This document shows, piece by piece, positions 16,014 to 23,846 of a DNA stretch of 32,000 nucleotides. Every line of letters starts with the position of its first letter. Positions within the stretch are counted from its first letter, which is position 1. The stretch spans positions 6,313 to 38,312 of the forward strand of contig JAPMTR010000074.1 of NCBI GenBank assembly GCA_026552975.1, read 5' to 3'. The DNA comes from Candidatus Methanoperedens sp. Lineage in GTDB: Archaea > Halobacteriota > Methanosarcinia > Methanosarcinales > Methanoperedenaceae. The translations under genes were made by a program, and so were the position numbers. The notes below the pieces were generated by a model. It worked only from the letters and a program-made list of their open reading frames with translations. It was not told the DNA's origin and did no database searches.

Positions 16014-16400
16014 CTAAACTTCAACCATCTCGCCGACCTGTTCAAAAGCAGCATTTTGATCGAAACTGAGGTCAATCTCTGGCAATATATCAACATAATT
16101 TTCCAGCTCATGATATATCTCATGCCTGGGGCTCACAATTATCACGTGTGCCGGAGGATGGATCTTTCGAAGTCTTCCGATGGCAACGCTGGCCTGGTCT
16201 TCAAGTGGAACTATCGCAGCTGCCGAACAACATGCTCTTAGCGGACTTTTCATTATATGTGTGAGTATGTTATCTGCAAAAGTCGGGTCTAATTTTCGCG
16301 CCCCATCGGAAAAAGTCAATTTTGCATATCTTATCAGATCATATAATGCAATTTTTACTTTAGATGCGTCATCTGCCCTTACAACAGCCATCGAATTCAT
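16014..16400 (-). CDS. hypothetical protein upstream of the fwd operon
   Basis: 128 aa, soluble, with an ACCSAAAIVPLED segment and a VIIVSPRHE strand-like segment. No family recognised. Same strand as fwdD, 92 nt upstream of it. Confidence 0.6.
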   Translation of the reverse strand: MNSMAVVRADDASKVKIALYDLIRYAKLTFSDGARKLDPTFADNILTHIMKSPLRACCSAAAIVPLEDQASVAIGRLRKIHPPAHVIIVSPRHEIYHELENYVDILPEIDLSFDQNAAFEQVGEMVEV

Positions 16401-16587
16401 TTTTTCCCCTTTAACGTTTTGTTTTTCACTTTAATCCATCCTATTTTTACCACCAATACAGTAACAGTTTTATATCTAGATATTGTTATGTTTACTTCTT
16501 ATATAAATACTAGTATCATAGAAAAAACAGGAAAGTAAAGATAAATTTGCGATATAGTTTATATTATGTTAAATCTTATAGTCGCCG

Positions 16588-18771
16588 ATGACACAGGACT
16601 TTCTCCGCTATTTTCCCAAACGATCATGCTATCCAAACCAGCTGGAAGCGATGGTCACCATCAATGAAGCCCTCCTCAAAAAGAAAATTGTCCTGTTTGA
16701 AGGAGCATGCGGTACAGGTAAAACCCTGAGTTCTCTTGCGCCTGCTCTTCATATAGGGAAAATAGAGAAAAAAACAGTCGTCATTGCCACGAATGTCCAC
16801 CAGCAGATGGCTCAATTCATAGAAGAAGCCAGGGAAATAAGAAAGCAAGTTGATATCAAAGTCGTTGTCCTGAAAGGCAAGATGCTAATGTGCCCGAAAC
16901 CCGGAATGGATTATGATACATGCAGTGCAAAAAGAGAAAATACCTATAAATTGCTTGAACATGAAAAAGACTTCGGGCAATTGAAAAATGAAGCACGATC
17001 TGTAAAAGACAGGCTAAAAAGGGACAAAGACCCAACATTGATCCAGGTACAGAGGGAATTAAGCACCGAGATCGACAGGGAAGAAAAACTTATCCATGAA
17101 ACACAAAAAAACTCATGTGATATGCTTCTTGAAATGCTAAAGAAAGACACAGATGATTTTCGAGATTGGCTTTTTGCAAGTGTGCGCACACCTGAAGAAG
17201 TAGCAGACTGGGCATTATCGAATAACACATGCGGATATGAACTTCTGAAGCGCTATATGAAAGAAGCTGACCTATTGATCTGTAATTTCCATCATTTTCT
17301 TGATGAGGACATCCGTACCAATGTCCTGGGATGGCTCGATAAAGGCCTCTCGGATGTAATAACCATCTTTGATGAAGCACATAATATCGAATCTGCTGCG
17401 CGTTCCCATTCCTCGATGACCCTCACAGAATACACTATCAACAGGGCTATTGATGAGATCGAAGGGAACGGGGATACTACGATTTCAGAGGATGCCAGGA
17501 CACTTCTCGTTACCCTTCTTGAAACCATACGATCGACGTATAATATACTTCTTGATAAGGAGTTTGGCAAACGTGAAAGAATAGGCAAGGATTGGTATGA
17601 CCTGAGGGTAGCTGACCCGCAAGAGCGAACGGACATGTTCAGGGCAAAACTTATGGTGGCCCTTGAAAAAGCGGGTATAAAAAAAATTAATGAAGCGATC
17701 GAACATTTAAGAAGTTTCGGGTTAAAGATCGATGCGTTAAATGAAAAGCAATTTAATGAAGGTAAAAGCCCGATCAAGAAAATATGCAGCAGCTTAAATG
17801 CAGCGATCTTCCTTTCAGATTATGTCAAATTCTCAAATGATAAAAGCTATTATCCTATCCTGAACGTGAAAAGGCAGAATTATGACATCTCAGGGAGGCT
17901 TGAATTATTCACCTGCATCCCCAAGAATGTCACAGCACCATTATTTAACTCAGTTCATTCAGCTATCCTTATGTCAGCCACGCTTGCTCCTTTTGAGACC
18001 ATAAAAGCAACGCTCGGGATCGCCCGGGAAACGCGTGAATTGTCCTTCGGACTCACATTCCCCAGGGAAAAGCGCATTACGATAGCAGCCTCTGTTCCTG
18101 CCCTGTTTTCAAAGGACAGGGACAATCCCCAGACAAAACAGATCATCACAAAAGTCCTGAATGATATAATTGAGCAAACTGATGGGAATGTGATCATATT
18201 TTTCCCGAGTTTTTTTGAAGCCACCCAGTACAGGAACAGGATAGATTGTGATGTTCCCATATTCCTCGATGAAATTGGAGTTTCAGCACAACCTATCAGG
18301 GATGAATTTTTCAAGCTGGGTGAATCCGGGAAAAAAGCTGTACTTATATCCTATATGTGGGGAACATTAACAGAAGGTGTGGATTATAAACAAAGTAGGG
18401 GAAGGACTGTTGTAATCGTGGGTGTTGGATACCCTGCCCTGAATGACAGGACTCGCGCCGTTGAATCTGCGTATGACTCTGAATTCGGGCACGGATGGGA
18501 ATATGCTATTGAAATCCCCACTATAAGAAAAGTAAGACAGGCTATGGGGCGTGTAGTGCGTTCACCTGATGATTATGGGGCAAGAGTGCTGCTTGATGGG
18601 CGTTATACATCTTCATCTTCCAAACGCTATGGCAAATATTCGGTCAATAAATATTTCCCGGAAGAAGAACGCTCTGAGATCATTGATGTTGAACCAGATA
18701 GGGTCAAGTATTCACTTATGAATTTTTTCAATGATGTGAAAAAAAACCAACGAGAACTGATGAAAAAATAG
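16588..18771 (+). CDS. xpd: XPD/Rad3 (DinG)-family 5'-3' DNA helicase with a 4Fe-4S domain
   Basis: 727 aa. Walker A GACGTGKT, DEAH box IFDEAHNIE, four cluster cysteines (C102, C112, C177, C215) inside helicase domain 1, and C-terminal helicase motifs (QAMGRVVRS). Confidence 0.9.
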   Translation: MTQDFLRYFPKRSCYPNQLEAMVTINEALLKKKIVLFEGACGTGKTLSSLAPALHIGKIEKKTVVIATNVHQQMAQFIEEAREIRKQVDIKVVVLKGKMLMCPKPGMDYDTCSAKRENTYKLLEHEKDFGQLKNEARSVKDRLKRDKDPTLIQVQRELSTEIDREEKLIHETQKNSCDMLLEMLKKDTDDFRDWLFASVRTPEEVADWALSNNTCGYELLKRYMKEADLLICNFHHFLDEDIRTNVLGWLDKGLSDVITIFDEAHNIESAARSHSSMTLTEYTINRAIDEIEGNGDTTISEDARTLLVTLLETIRSTYNILLDKEFGKRERIGKDWYDLRVADPQERTDMFRAKLMVALEKAGIKKINEAIEHLRSFGLKIDALNEKQFNEGKSPIKKICSSLNAAIFLSDYVKFSNDKSYYPILNVKRQNYDISGRLELFTCIPKNVTAPLFNSVHSAILMSATLAPFETIKATLGIARETRELSFGLTFPREKRITIAASVPALFSKDRDNPQTKQIITKVLNDIIEQTDGNVIIFFPSFFEATQYRNRIDCDVPIFLDEIGVSAQPIRDEFFKLGESGKKAVLISYMWGTLTEGVDYKQSRGRTVVIVGVGYPALNDRTRAVESAYDSEFGHGWEYAIEIPTIRKVRQAMGRVVRSPDDYGARVLLDGRYTSSSSKRYGKYSVNKYFPEEERSEIIDVEPDRVKYSLMNFFNDVKKNQRELMKK

Positions 18772-18796
18772 CTAAAAAATTATAAGAAAAAAACAG

Positions 18797-18819
18797 AAAA
18801 ACGACTTTAAGTCGTTTTT
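18797..18819. terminator. bidirectional stem-loop between the convergent xpd and TRAM genes
   Basis: aaaaacgac (18797-18805) and gtcgttttt (18811-18819) are exact reverse complements, and the central tttaa can extend the stem. A-run on one side and T-run on the other. It overlaps the TRAM stop codon (18807-18809). Confidence 0.6.
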
Positions 18820-19013
18820 TCTGCGATAGCGAATTTTCGCATTACTTTGTTGACTTTTATAGTTACCTTGTCGCCAACTTTTGTTTGTGGCACAAAGATA
18901 ACAAAGCCCTCTACTCTTGCAATTCCGTCGCCTTCTTTTGCAAGGTCATCTATCGATACATCGTAGCTTTCTCCGACTTTTACCGGAGCAACTTTTTCCT
19001 GATATTCACTCAA
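18807..19013 (-). CDS. small stand-alone TRAM-domain protein (RNA-binding or RNA chaperone type)
   Basis: 68 aa. [44 protein letters not shown] matches the TRAM beta-barrel pattern. Confidence 0.85.
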   Translation of the reverse strand: MSEYQEKVAPVKVGESYDVSIDDLAKEGDGIARVEGFVIFVPQTKVGDKVTIKVNKVMRKFAIAEKTT

Positions 19014-19226
19014 AATTTACACATCCTTAACATTCGATCTTCATCTAAAATGGAAAATAATGATTGGCAGAAATTGATTAAACTTTTAATTACCGTAAAC
19101 ATTTTTTCCAGAATAGATTTAAATCTTATTTCGTAATTGTCCGTTCATTATTTAAAACTTTGCTAAAAAAATCCATTAAAATAAAATGCATATCCTTTAT
19201 ATAATCCATATCCTGTAAAGAACTTA

Positions 19227-20147
19227 ATGCTTCGAACACGCCTGCGTGATTTCATAATCACAAAAGATGACTGGATATTCGCTGTTGCGGATTACTCTCA
19301 CGAAGATGGTATCCGTTCCATACTGAGGTATATCCCTGACCCGAAAGGTGCCAGAGGGACTATAAAAAAATACCGTAAAATGGATTTTGATGATTCCTTC
19401 ATTTTCATGAAAACGTCGCGTCCTGAATGGGTAAGCGATGTTCATATAGTGCCATGGGATTCTGTAAAAGAGATTCTTGCTCCAGATAAGATTCTTCCCC
19501 TGGTTGCAAATAGGAATGAAAAAGTAAAAACAATTGTAAGATGTCTTGAAAGATATGTCACTCCTGAAAGAATGGGGGTTACAGGTTCTCTTCTTGCCGG
19601 CCTTGAAATTGAGTCCTCTGACATTGATTTTATAGTATATGGGAATTCATGGTTCACTGCGAGAGATATAATAAAACGCGAAAAAGAAAAGAAAGATCCA
19701 ATTACCGAAATAAGCGATGAAATGTGGATCGATATTTATAATAAACGAAAACCTGACATTCCTCTTGATGAATTCTTGATCCATGAGAAAAGAAAAGGGA
19801 ACAGGGGTATGGTCGGCGATACTTATTTCGATCTTCTTTATGTCAGGGATTGGAAAGATATTGTACCCTGCAAGAGAGGAAAAGACATAGGTATGATGAC
19901 CATTGAAGCTACGATCACCAATGCTGATTTTTCATTCGACAGCCCTGCAATATATAAAATTGATCATCCAGAAATAGAGTATGTATTGTCATATACCCAT
20001 ACCTATGCCGGTCAGGCGCTTGTCGGAGAAAAAATTGAGGCCCGGGGAATGCTTGAGATCGTTGGAAATATAAAACGTCTGGTCGTGGGAACAAAAAGAG
20101 AACCAAAAGGTGAATGGATCAGGTCGCTGACTTTGCTTGAAAGCTGA
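19227..20147 (+). CDS. predicted nucleotidyltransferase (Pol-beta superfamily; COG1665-like, from memory)
   Basis: 306 aa. GVTGSLLAGLEIESSDIDFIVYG fits the hG[GS]-x9-13-DhD nucleotidyltransferase signature. The N-terminal ~100 aa are an unassigned domain. Confidence 0.55.
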   Translation: MLRTRLRDFIITKDDWIFAVADYSHEDGIRSILRYIPDPKGARGTIKKYRKMDFDDSFIFMKTSRPEWVSDVHIVPWDSVKEILAPDKILPLVANRNEKVKTIVRCLERYVTPERMGVTGSLLAGLEIESSDIDFIVYGNSWFTARDIIKREKEKKDPITEISDEMWIDIYNKRKPDIPLDEFLIHEKRKGNRGMVGDTYFDLLYVRDWKDIVPCKRGKDIGMMTIEATITNADFSFDSPAIYKIDHPEIEYVLSYTHTYAGQALVGEKIEARGMLEIVGNIKRLVVGTKREPKGEWIRSLTLLES

Positions 20148-20162
20148 TCCATCTGTCCTTAT

Positions 20163-21299
20163 TTAAATATGATCCATTACTTTATCGAAAATACTCTTAC
20201 TCTTTGTTTTTTCACCGCTGATCTGTGCAAATTCCCTCAATAACTCTTTTTGCCTATCGGTCATCTTTGTTGGAACAATGACCTTGATCTTTACAAGCTC
20301 ATCTCCTTTTCCTGAATTATAAAGGCTGGGAATTCCTTTTCCTTTAAGCCTGAACACATTTCCGTTCTGCGTTCCCGCAGGTATTTTCATCTCGGCTTTT
20401 CCATCAAGGGTTGGGACAATTATTTCATCCCCCAATGAAGCCTGCGTAAAACTGATAGACGCTTCCATCACAATATCATTATCATTTCGTGTAAAAATAG
20501 TATGTGGTCTCACATTCATTTCCACATAAAGATCGCCGTTGGGTCCGCCTTTCTCTCCGGCTTCACCTTCTCCTGTTACCCTGAGTCGTGAACCTGTATC
20601 AACGCCAGGTGGGATCTTTACTTCTATTTTTCTCCTCCTCTGGACATGACCGGAACCATGACATGTAATACACGGAGAATCGATCACGCTGCCGGCTCCA
20701 TGGCATGTCCCGCAGGTTGAAGAAGTCATAAATCTCCCAAAGGGTGTGTTCTGCGCCCTGTTAACCTGGCCGCTTCCATTACATGTAGAGCATTTTTTTG
20801 GGGAAGTTCCGGGTTTTGCCCCGCTTCCATGGCATGTATCGCAGTTTTCTGTTCTGGGGACTTCCAGCTCCACCGATTTACCAAAGGCTGCATCCTCAAG
20901 ATTAATAGATAATTCATAGAGAATATCAGAACCTCTGCTTGGCCCTCCACGCTGCCCACCACTCCCGAAGATTATATCGAATATTCCACCTCTGCCTCTT
21001 CCCCCCCCTCCAAAACCCTGGAAGAGATCCTCAAAATCAACGCCCCTGAATATATCCTCCTGCGAATACCGCATATCGATGCCGGCATGACCGAACTGGT
21101 CGTATTGCTGGCGCTTTTTCTGGTCTGAAAGGACAGCATATGACTCAGATATTTCCTTGAATTTCTCTTCAGCATCCGGGGATTTGTTCTTATCCGGATG
21201 ATACTGCATTGCTAACTTGCGATATGCTGACTTGATATCATCCGCTGAAGCTTTCTTATCCACCCCCAGTATTTCATAATAGTCTCGTTTAGTAGCCAT
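20163..21299 (-). CDS. dnaJ: chaperone DnaJ (type I Hsp40)
   Basis: 378 aa. J domain ([13 protein letters not shown]), Gly/Phe-rich linker, four CxxCxGxG zinc-finger repeats and a C-terminal substrate-binding domain. Confidence 0.97.
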   Translation of the reverse strand: MATKRDYYEILGVDKKASADDIKSAYRKLAMQYHPDKNKSPDAEEKFKEISESYAVLSDQKKRQQYDQFGHAGIDMRYSQEDIFRGVDFEDLFQGFGGGGRGRGGIFDIIFGSGGQRGGPSRGSDILYELSINLEDAAFGKSVELEVPRTENCDTCHGSGAKPGTSPKKCSTCNGSGQVNRAQNTPFGRFMTSSTCGTCHGAGSVIDSPCITCHGSGHVQRRRKIEVKIPPGVDTGSRLRVTGEGEAGEKGGPNGDLYVEMNVRPHTIFTRNDNDIVMEASISFTQASLGDEIIVPTLDGKAEMKIPAGTQNGNVFRLKGKGIPSLYNSGKGDELVKIKVIVPTKMTDRQKELLREFAQISGEKTKSKSIFDKVMDHI

Positions 21300-21532
21300 A
21301 ACTTAAAAAACCAATATCTATTTTTTTGTCTAAATAGCCTTTAGTTAAAATATAAGTTATGGTCTTTATGATTTTGGTATTGCTGTAAATTGTGAATTCT
21401 TCTGAATATAATAGCAACCTTTTTATTCTCCAGAATCATCACATCCTTCCCCTGTAGACGGAACAAAAAAAAAACGGGTACAATTCTGTCTTTAAAAAGG
21501 AAATTAAGAATCATGATAATGGAGAAGGAAAA

Positions 21533-22411
21533 ATGACCCTCAAAAATACTAAATCAAATTCTTCACTGTATAGTTCAACGTGTTTAAATTTATTATTGAT
21601 CGTATTAATTTTTTTAATCGTTCCTGCTGGAGCGGTCGATCTTGATGCTCTTAATAATTCGTGCATAAACTGTCACGAAAATGTGACTGTGAAAAAACCG
21701 TCCGAAAATTTCCAGCGATGGTCTGATTCCATACATTCAAGTTATTTTGTTACATGCGATGCCTGCCATGGTGGGAACCCTGATGTAACGACTGAATCAG
21801 AAGCACATTCAACTATGAAGAATGTGACCGACCCCAAAAGCCCTATTTATTTTAAGAATATTCCTGAAACATGCGGGAAATGTCATAGTACAGAATTAGA
21901 TCATTTTAAGAACACTATGCACTTTGAAAGATTAAGAGCAGAAGCAAGCGCCCCGTCCTGTGCCACATGTCATAAACCCCACAGCTTTAAAGTATTAAAG
22001 GCATCTGAACTCTTACCACTGTGCAGCGTATGTCATAATGTAAGAGATATGCCTTCATCTGCAAATGTTCCAAACGATGCGAAAATCGCTCTTGAAATGG
22101 CGGATGAATTACAAAATGAAATAATGGCCCTGAGTAATTCCTTATCTGATGCAAAGGCAAAAGGAATGGATGTCTCTTCAGCTCAGAAGGATCTGGATAA
22201 AGCAACATTTGTTATAAAAGATGTTCCATCCCTCTGGCATAGCTTTAACCTCAAAGCTTTTGATATACAGATCCAGAGCGGGATAGATTCTGCCAGGAAA
22301 GGCCAGAATAAATTAAGCGAAGTTGAGCCAACAGCTCCATCTGTTCCAGGGTTCGGAATCGTCATGGTCCTTGGTTTATTCGCAACATTATATATTATTA
22401 GAAAAATTTGA
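21533..22411 (+). CDS. pentahaem c-type cytochrome with helical stalk and PGF-CTERM archaeosortase sorting signal
   Basis: 292 aa with an N-terminal signal/anchor. Five CxxCH motifs (CINCH, CDACH, CGKCH, CATCH, CSVCH) in the first ~165 aa, followed by about 90 haem-free helical residues. The C-terminus is ...APSVPGFGIVMVLGLFATLYIIRKI (PGF at nt 22346-22354, hydrophobic helix, basic tail). SD-like GGAGAAGG lies upstream. Confidence 0.88.
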   Translation: MTLKNTKSNSSLYSSTCLNLLLIVLIFLIVPAGAVDLDALNNSCINCHENVTVKKPSENFQRWSDSIHSSYFVTCDACHGGNPDVTTESEAHSTMKNVTDPKSPIYFKNIPETCGKCHSTELDHFKNTMHFERLRAEASAPSCATCHKPHSFKVLKASELLPLCSVCHNVRDMPSSANVPNDAKIALEMADELQNEIMALSNSLSDAKAKGMDVSSAQKDLDKATFVIKDVPSLWHSFNLKAFDIQIQSGIDSARKGQNKLSEVEPTAPSVPGFGIVMVLGLFATLYIIRKI

Positions 22412-22422
22412 AGGGATTTATA

Positions 22423-23517
22423 ATGGATAAAATATCATTAATTGACGTTATCAAACATCGGATTTCTAAGTACAAATTGCCAATTATAATAGTGTTTATA
22501 GTGATGCTTTTTACTATAATTATTATTTCCGCAAAAGTACTTGAGATCTCAGAGAATCCAGCATTCTGCGGTAAAAATTGCCATATTATGAGGCCTTATT
22601 ATGATTCATGGAGAAGTTCATCCCATACAGATGTGAGATGTGTAGAATGCCATTATGAACCAGGTGTGTTAGGTCATATAAAAGGTAAGCTCAATGGACT
22701 CATGCAATTCTACAGCTATGAGACTACAGTTGAAGAATACTCTGGAAAGTTATATGCAAAAGTCATGGATAAAAACTGCCTGGTATGCCATGAAACACAC
22801 ATTTTTTCCGTGGATGTTCCATTCACAGGCGTGAACTTTAGCCATAAGAATCATTTGCTAAAACCAAATAGAAATATTACATTAACATGCACAAGCTGCC
22901 ATTCTATGCTGGTTATAGGTATGAAAGAACACCAATCGGTATCTGACCCTTCATGTTCCCAGTGTCATCCGAATATTGTCCAGAATGACGTGGGTCATAT
23001 TGTTGTAACCACTTCAACATGCTTTACCTGCCACTTCAGGGATGTTCCAGTGGATAGTTCAATCTCAGGATGTCCATCATGTCATGGTCCTCCAAGGGAA
23101 ATGCACAGGAATTATACTAACTTCAACCATACAAGCCACCTTGACCGTGGAGCGCATTGCCAGACATGCCATATAAATATTTCAATCGGTGCAAATGATA
23201 TTGTTTCCAAGGATAAATGCAATTCATGCCATTATAATCCGGAAAGAGTAGCAAGATATGATGATTTTGAGTTTGTGCACAAGAACCATGTCACAAACAA
23301 TAAGATAGCATGCTACAACTGTCATTCCGAGGTAATGCATTCACCCGGAATAAAACAAAACCTTTGTGCAGACTGTCATCAGGGTCAGCATCCGAGCGAT
23401 TGGTTGAATACACATAAATCAAAGGTCTTGATAGGACAGGTTTGCAATGATTGTCATCAGCCAAAATTCTGCGCAGACTGTCACGCAACAGGAAAATCCG
23501 TAAAATTGGCCAAATAG
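22423..23517 (+). CDS. N-terminally anchored NapC/NirT-like multihaem cytochrome, 13 haem motifs
   Basis: The track starts at TTG 22408, overlapping the upstream stop. ATG 22423 (MDKISLIDV...) is the alternative start. After one TM helix comes FCGKNCHIMRPYYDSWRSSSHTDVRCVECH, the NapC/NirT N-terminal pattern. There are 12 CxxCH motifs plus one CX3CH (CGKNCH, nt 22567-22584). Confidence 0.85.
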   Translation: MDKISLIDVIKHRISKYKLPIIIVFIVMLFTIIIISAKVLEISENPAFCGKNCHIMRPYYDSWRSSSHTDVRCVECHYEPGVLGHIKGKLNGLMQFYSYETTVEEYSGKLYAKVMDKNCLVCHETHIFSVDVPFTGVNFSHKNHLLKPNRNITLTCTSCHSMLVIGMKEHQSVSDPSCSQCHPNIVQNDVGHIVVTTSTCFTCHFRDVPVDSSISGCPSCHGPPREMHRNYTNFNHTSHLDRGAHCQTCHINISIGANDIVSKDKCNSCHYNPERVARYDDFEFVHKNHVTNNKIACYNCHSEVMHSPGIKQNLCADCHQGQHPSDWLNTHKSKVLIGQVCNDCHQPKFCADCHATGKSVKLAK

Positions 23518-23526
23518 ATTTAAAAC

Positions 23527-23559
23527 TAGTCATCTCAGGAAATATCCTGTTGATGACTA
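23527..23559 (+). terminator. 13-bp interrupted stem-loop 3' of the cytochrome pair
   Basis: tagtcatc (23527-23534) pairs with gatgacta (23552-23559). An inner cagga (23536-23540) pairs with tcctg (23545-23549). One T/T mismatch and a 4-nt loop. It lies 10 nt after the stop and is followed by tattttacttt. Confidence 0.55.
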
Positions 23560-23606
23560 TATTTTACTTTATAAACGTATCAAAAGATAATTAATGGAGA
23601 TAAGAA

Positions 23607-23837
23607 ATGGTAATCGGAGTAACACTCGTAAATGTTGTACCAGGACAGGAAAAAACAGCTTATAATGAGCTGGTTAAAATAAAAGGGATAAAAGATGTAT
23701 ATCATGTGTTCGGAGAGTATGATTTCGTCGTAATTAGCAATGTAGAAGGATTAAGCGCCTTGAATAAACTCGTTGATACAATAAGAGAAAGTGAAAATAT
23801 CACTGCAACACAAACAATAGTAGGCGCTGAACTTTAA
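23607..23837 (+). CDS. stand-alone Lrp/AsnC-type ligand-binding (RAM) domain protein, no HTH
   Basis: 76 aa. VTLVNVVPGQEKTAYNELVKIKGIKDVYHVFGEYDFVVISNVEGLSALNKLVDTIRESENITATQT matches the beta-alpha-beta-beta-alpha-beta RAM domain pattern. GGAG lies 7 nt upstream of the ATG. Confidence 0.75.
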   Translation: MVIGVTLVNVVPGQEKTAYNELVKIKGIKDVYHVFGEYDFVVISNVEGLSALNKLVDTIRESENITATQTIVGAEL

Positions 23838-23846
23838 GGATGCTTA

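Noticed and set aside
16624-18314. Minus-strand ORFs (60-161 aa) inside the xpd gene
   Set aside because: They are antisense to a helicase with Walker A, DEAH and FeS-cluster motifs, and have no features of their own.
20649-20843. CxxCH strings (CDTCH, CGTCH, CITCH) in DnaJ as possible haem sites
   Set aside because: They are part of the canonical CxxCxGxG zinc-finger repeats of a cytoplasmic chaperone that has no export signal.
21513-21536. 7-codon upstream ORF (MIMEKEK*) whose TGA overlaps the cytochrome ATG (ATGA)
   Set aside because: It is too short and lies within the purine-rich SD region (GGAGAAGGAAAA). This is most simply a coincidence of the ribosome-binding site sequence.
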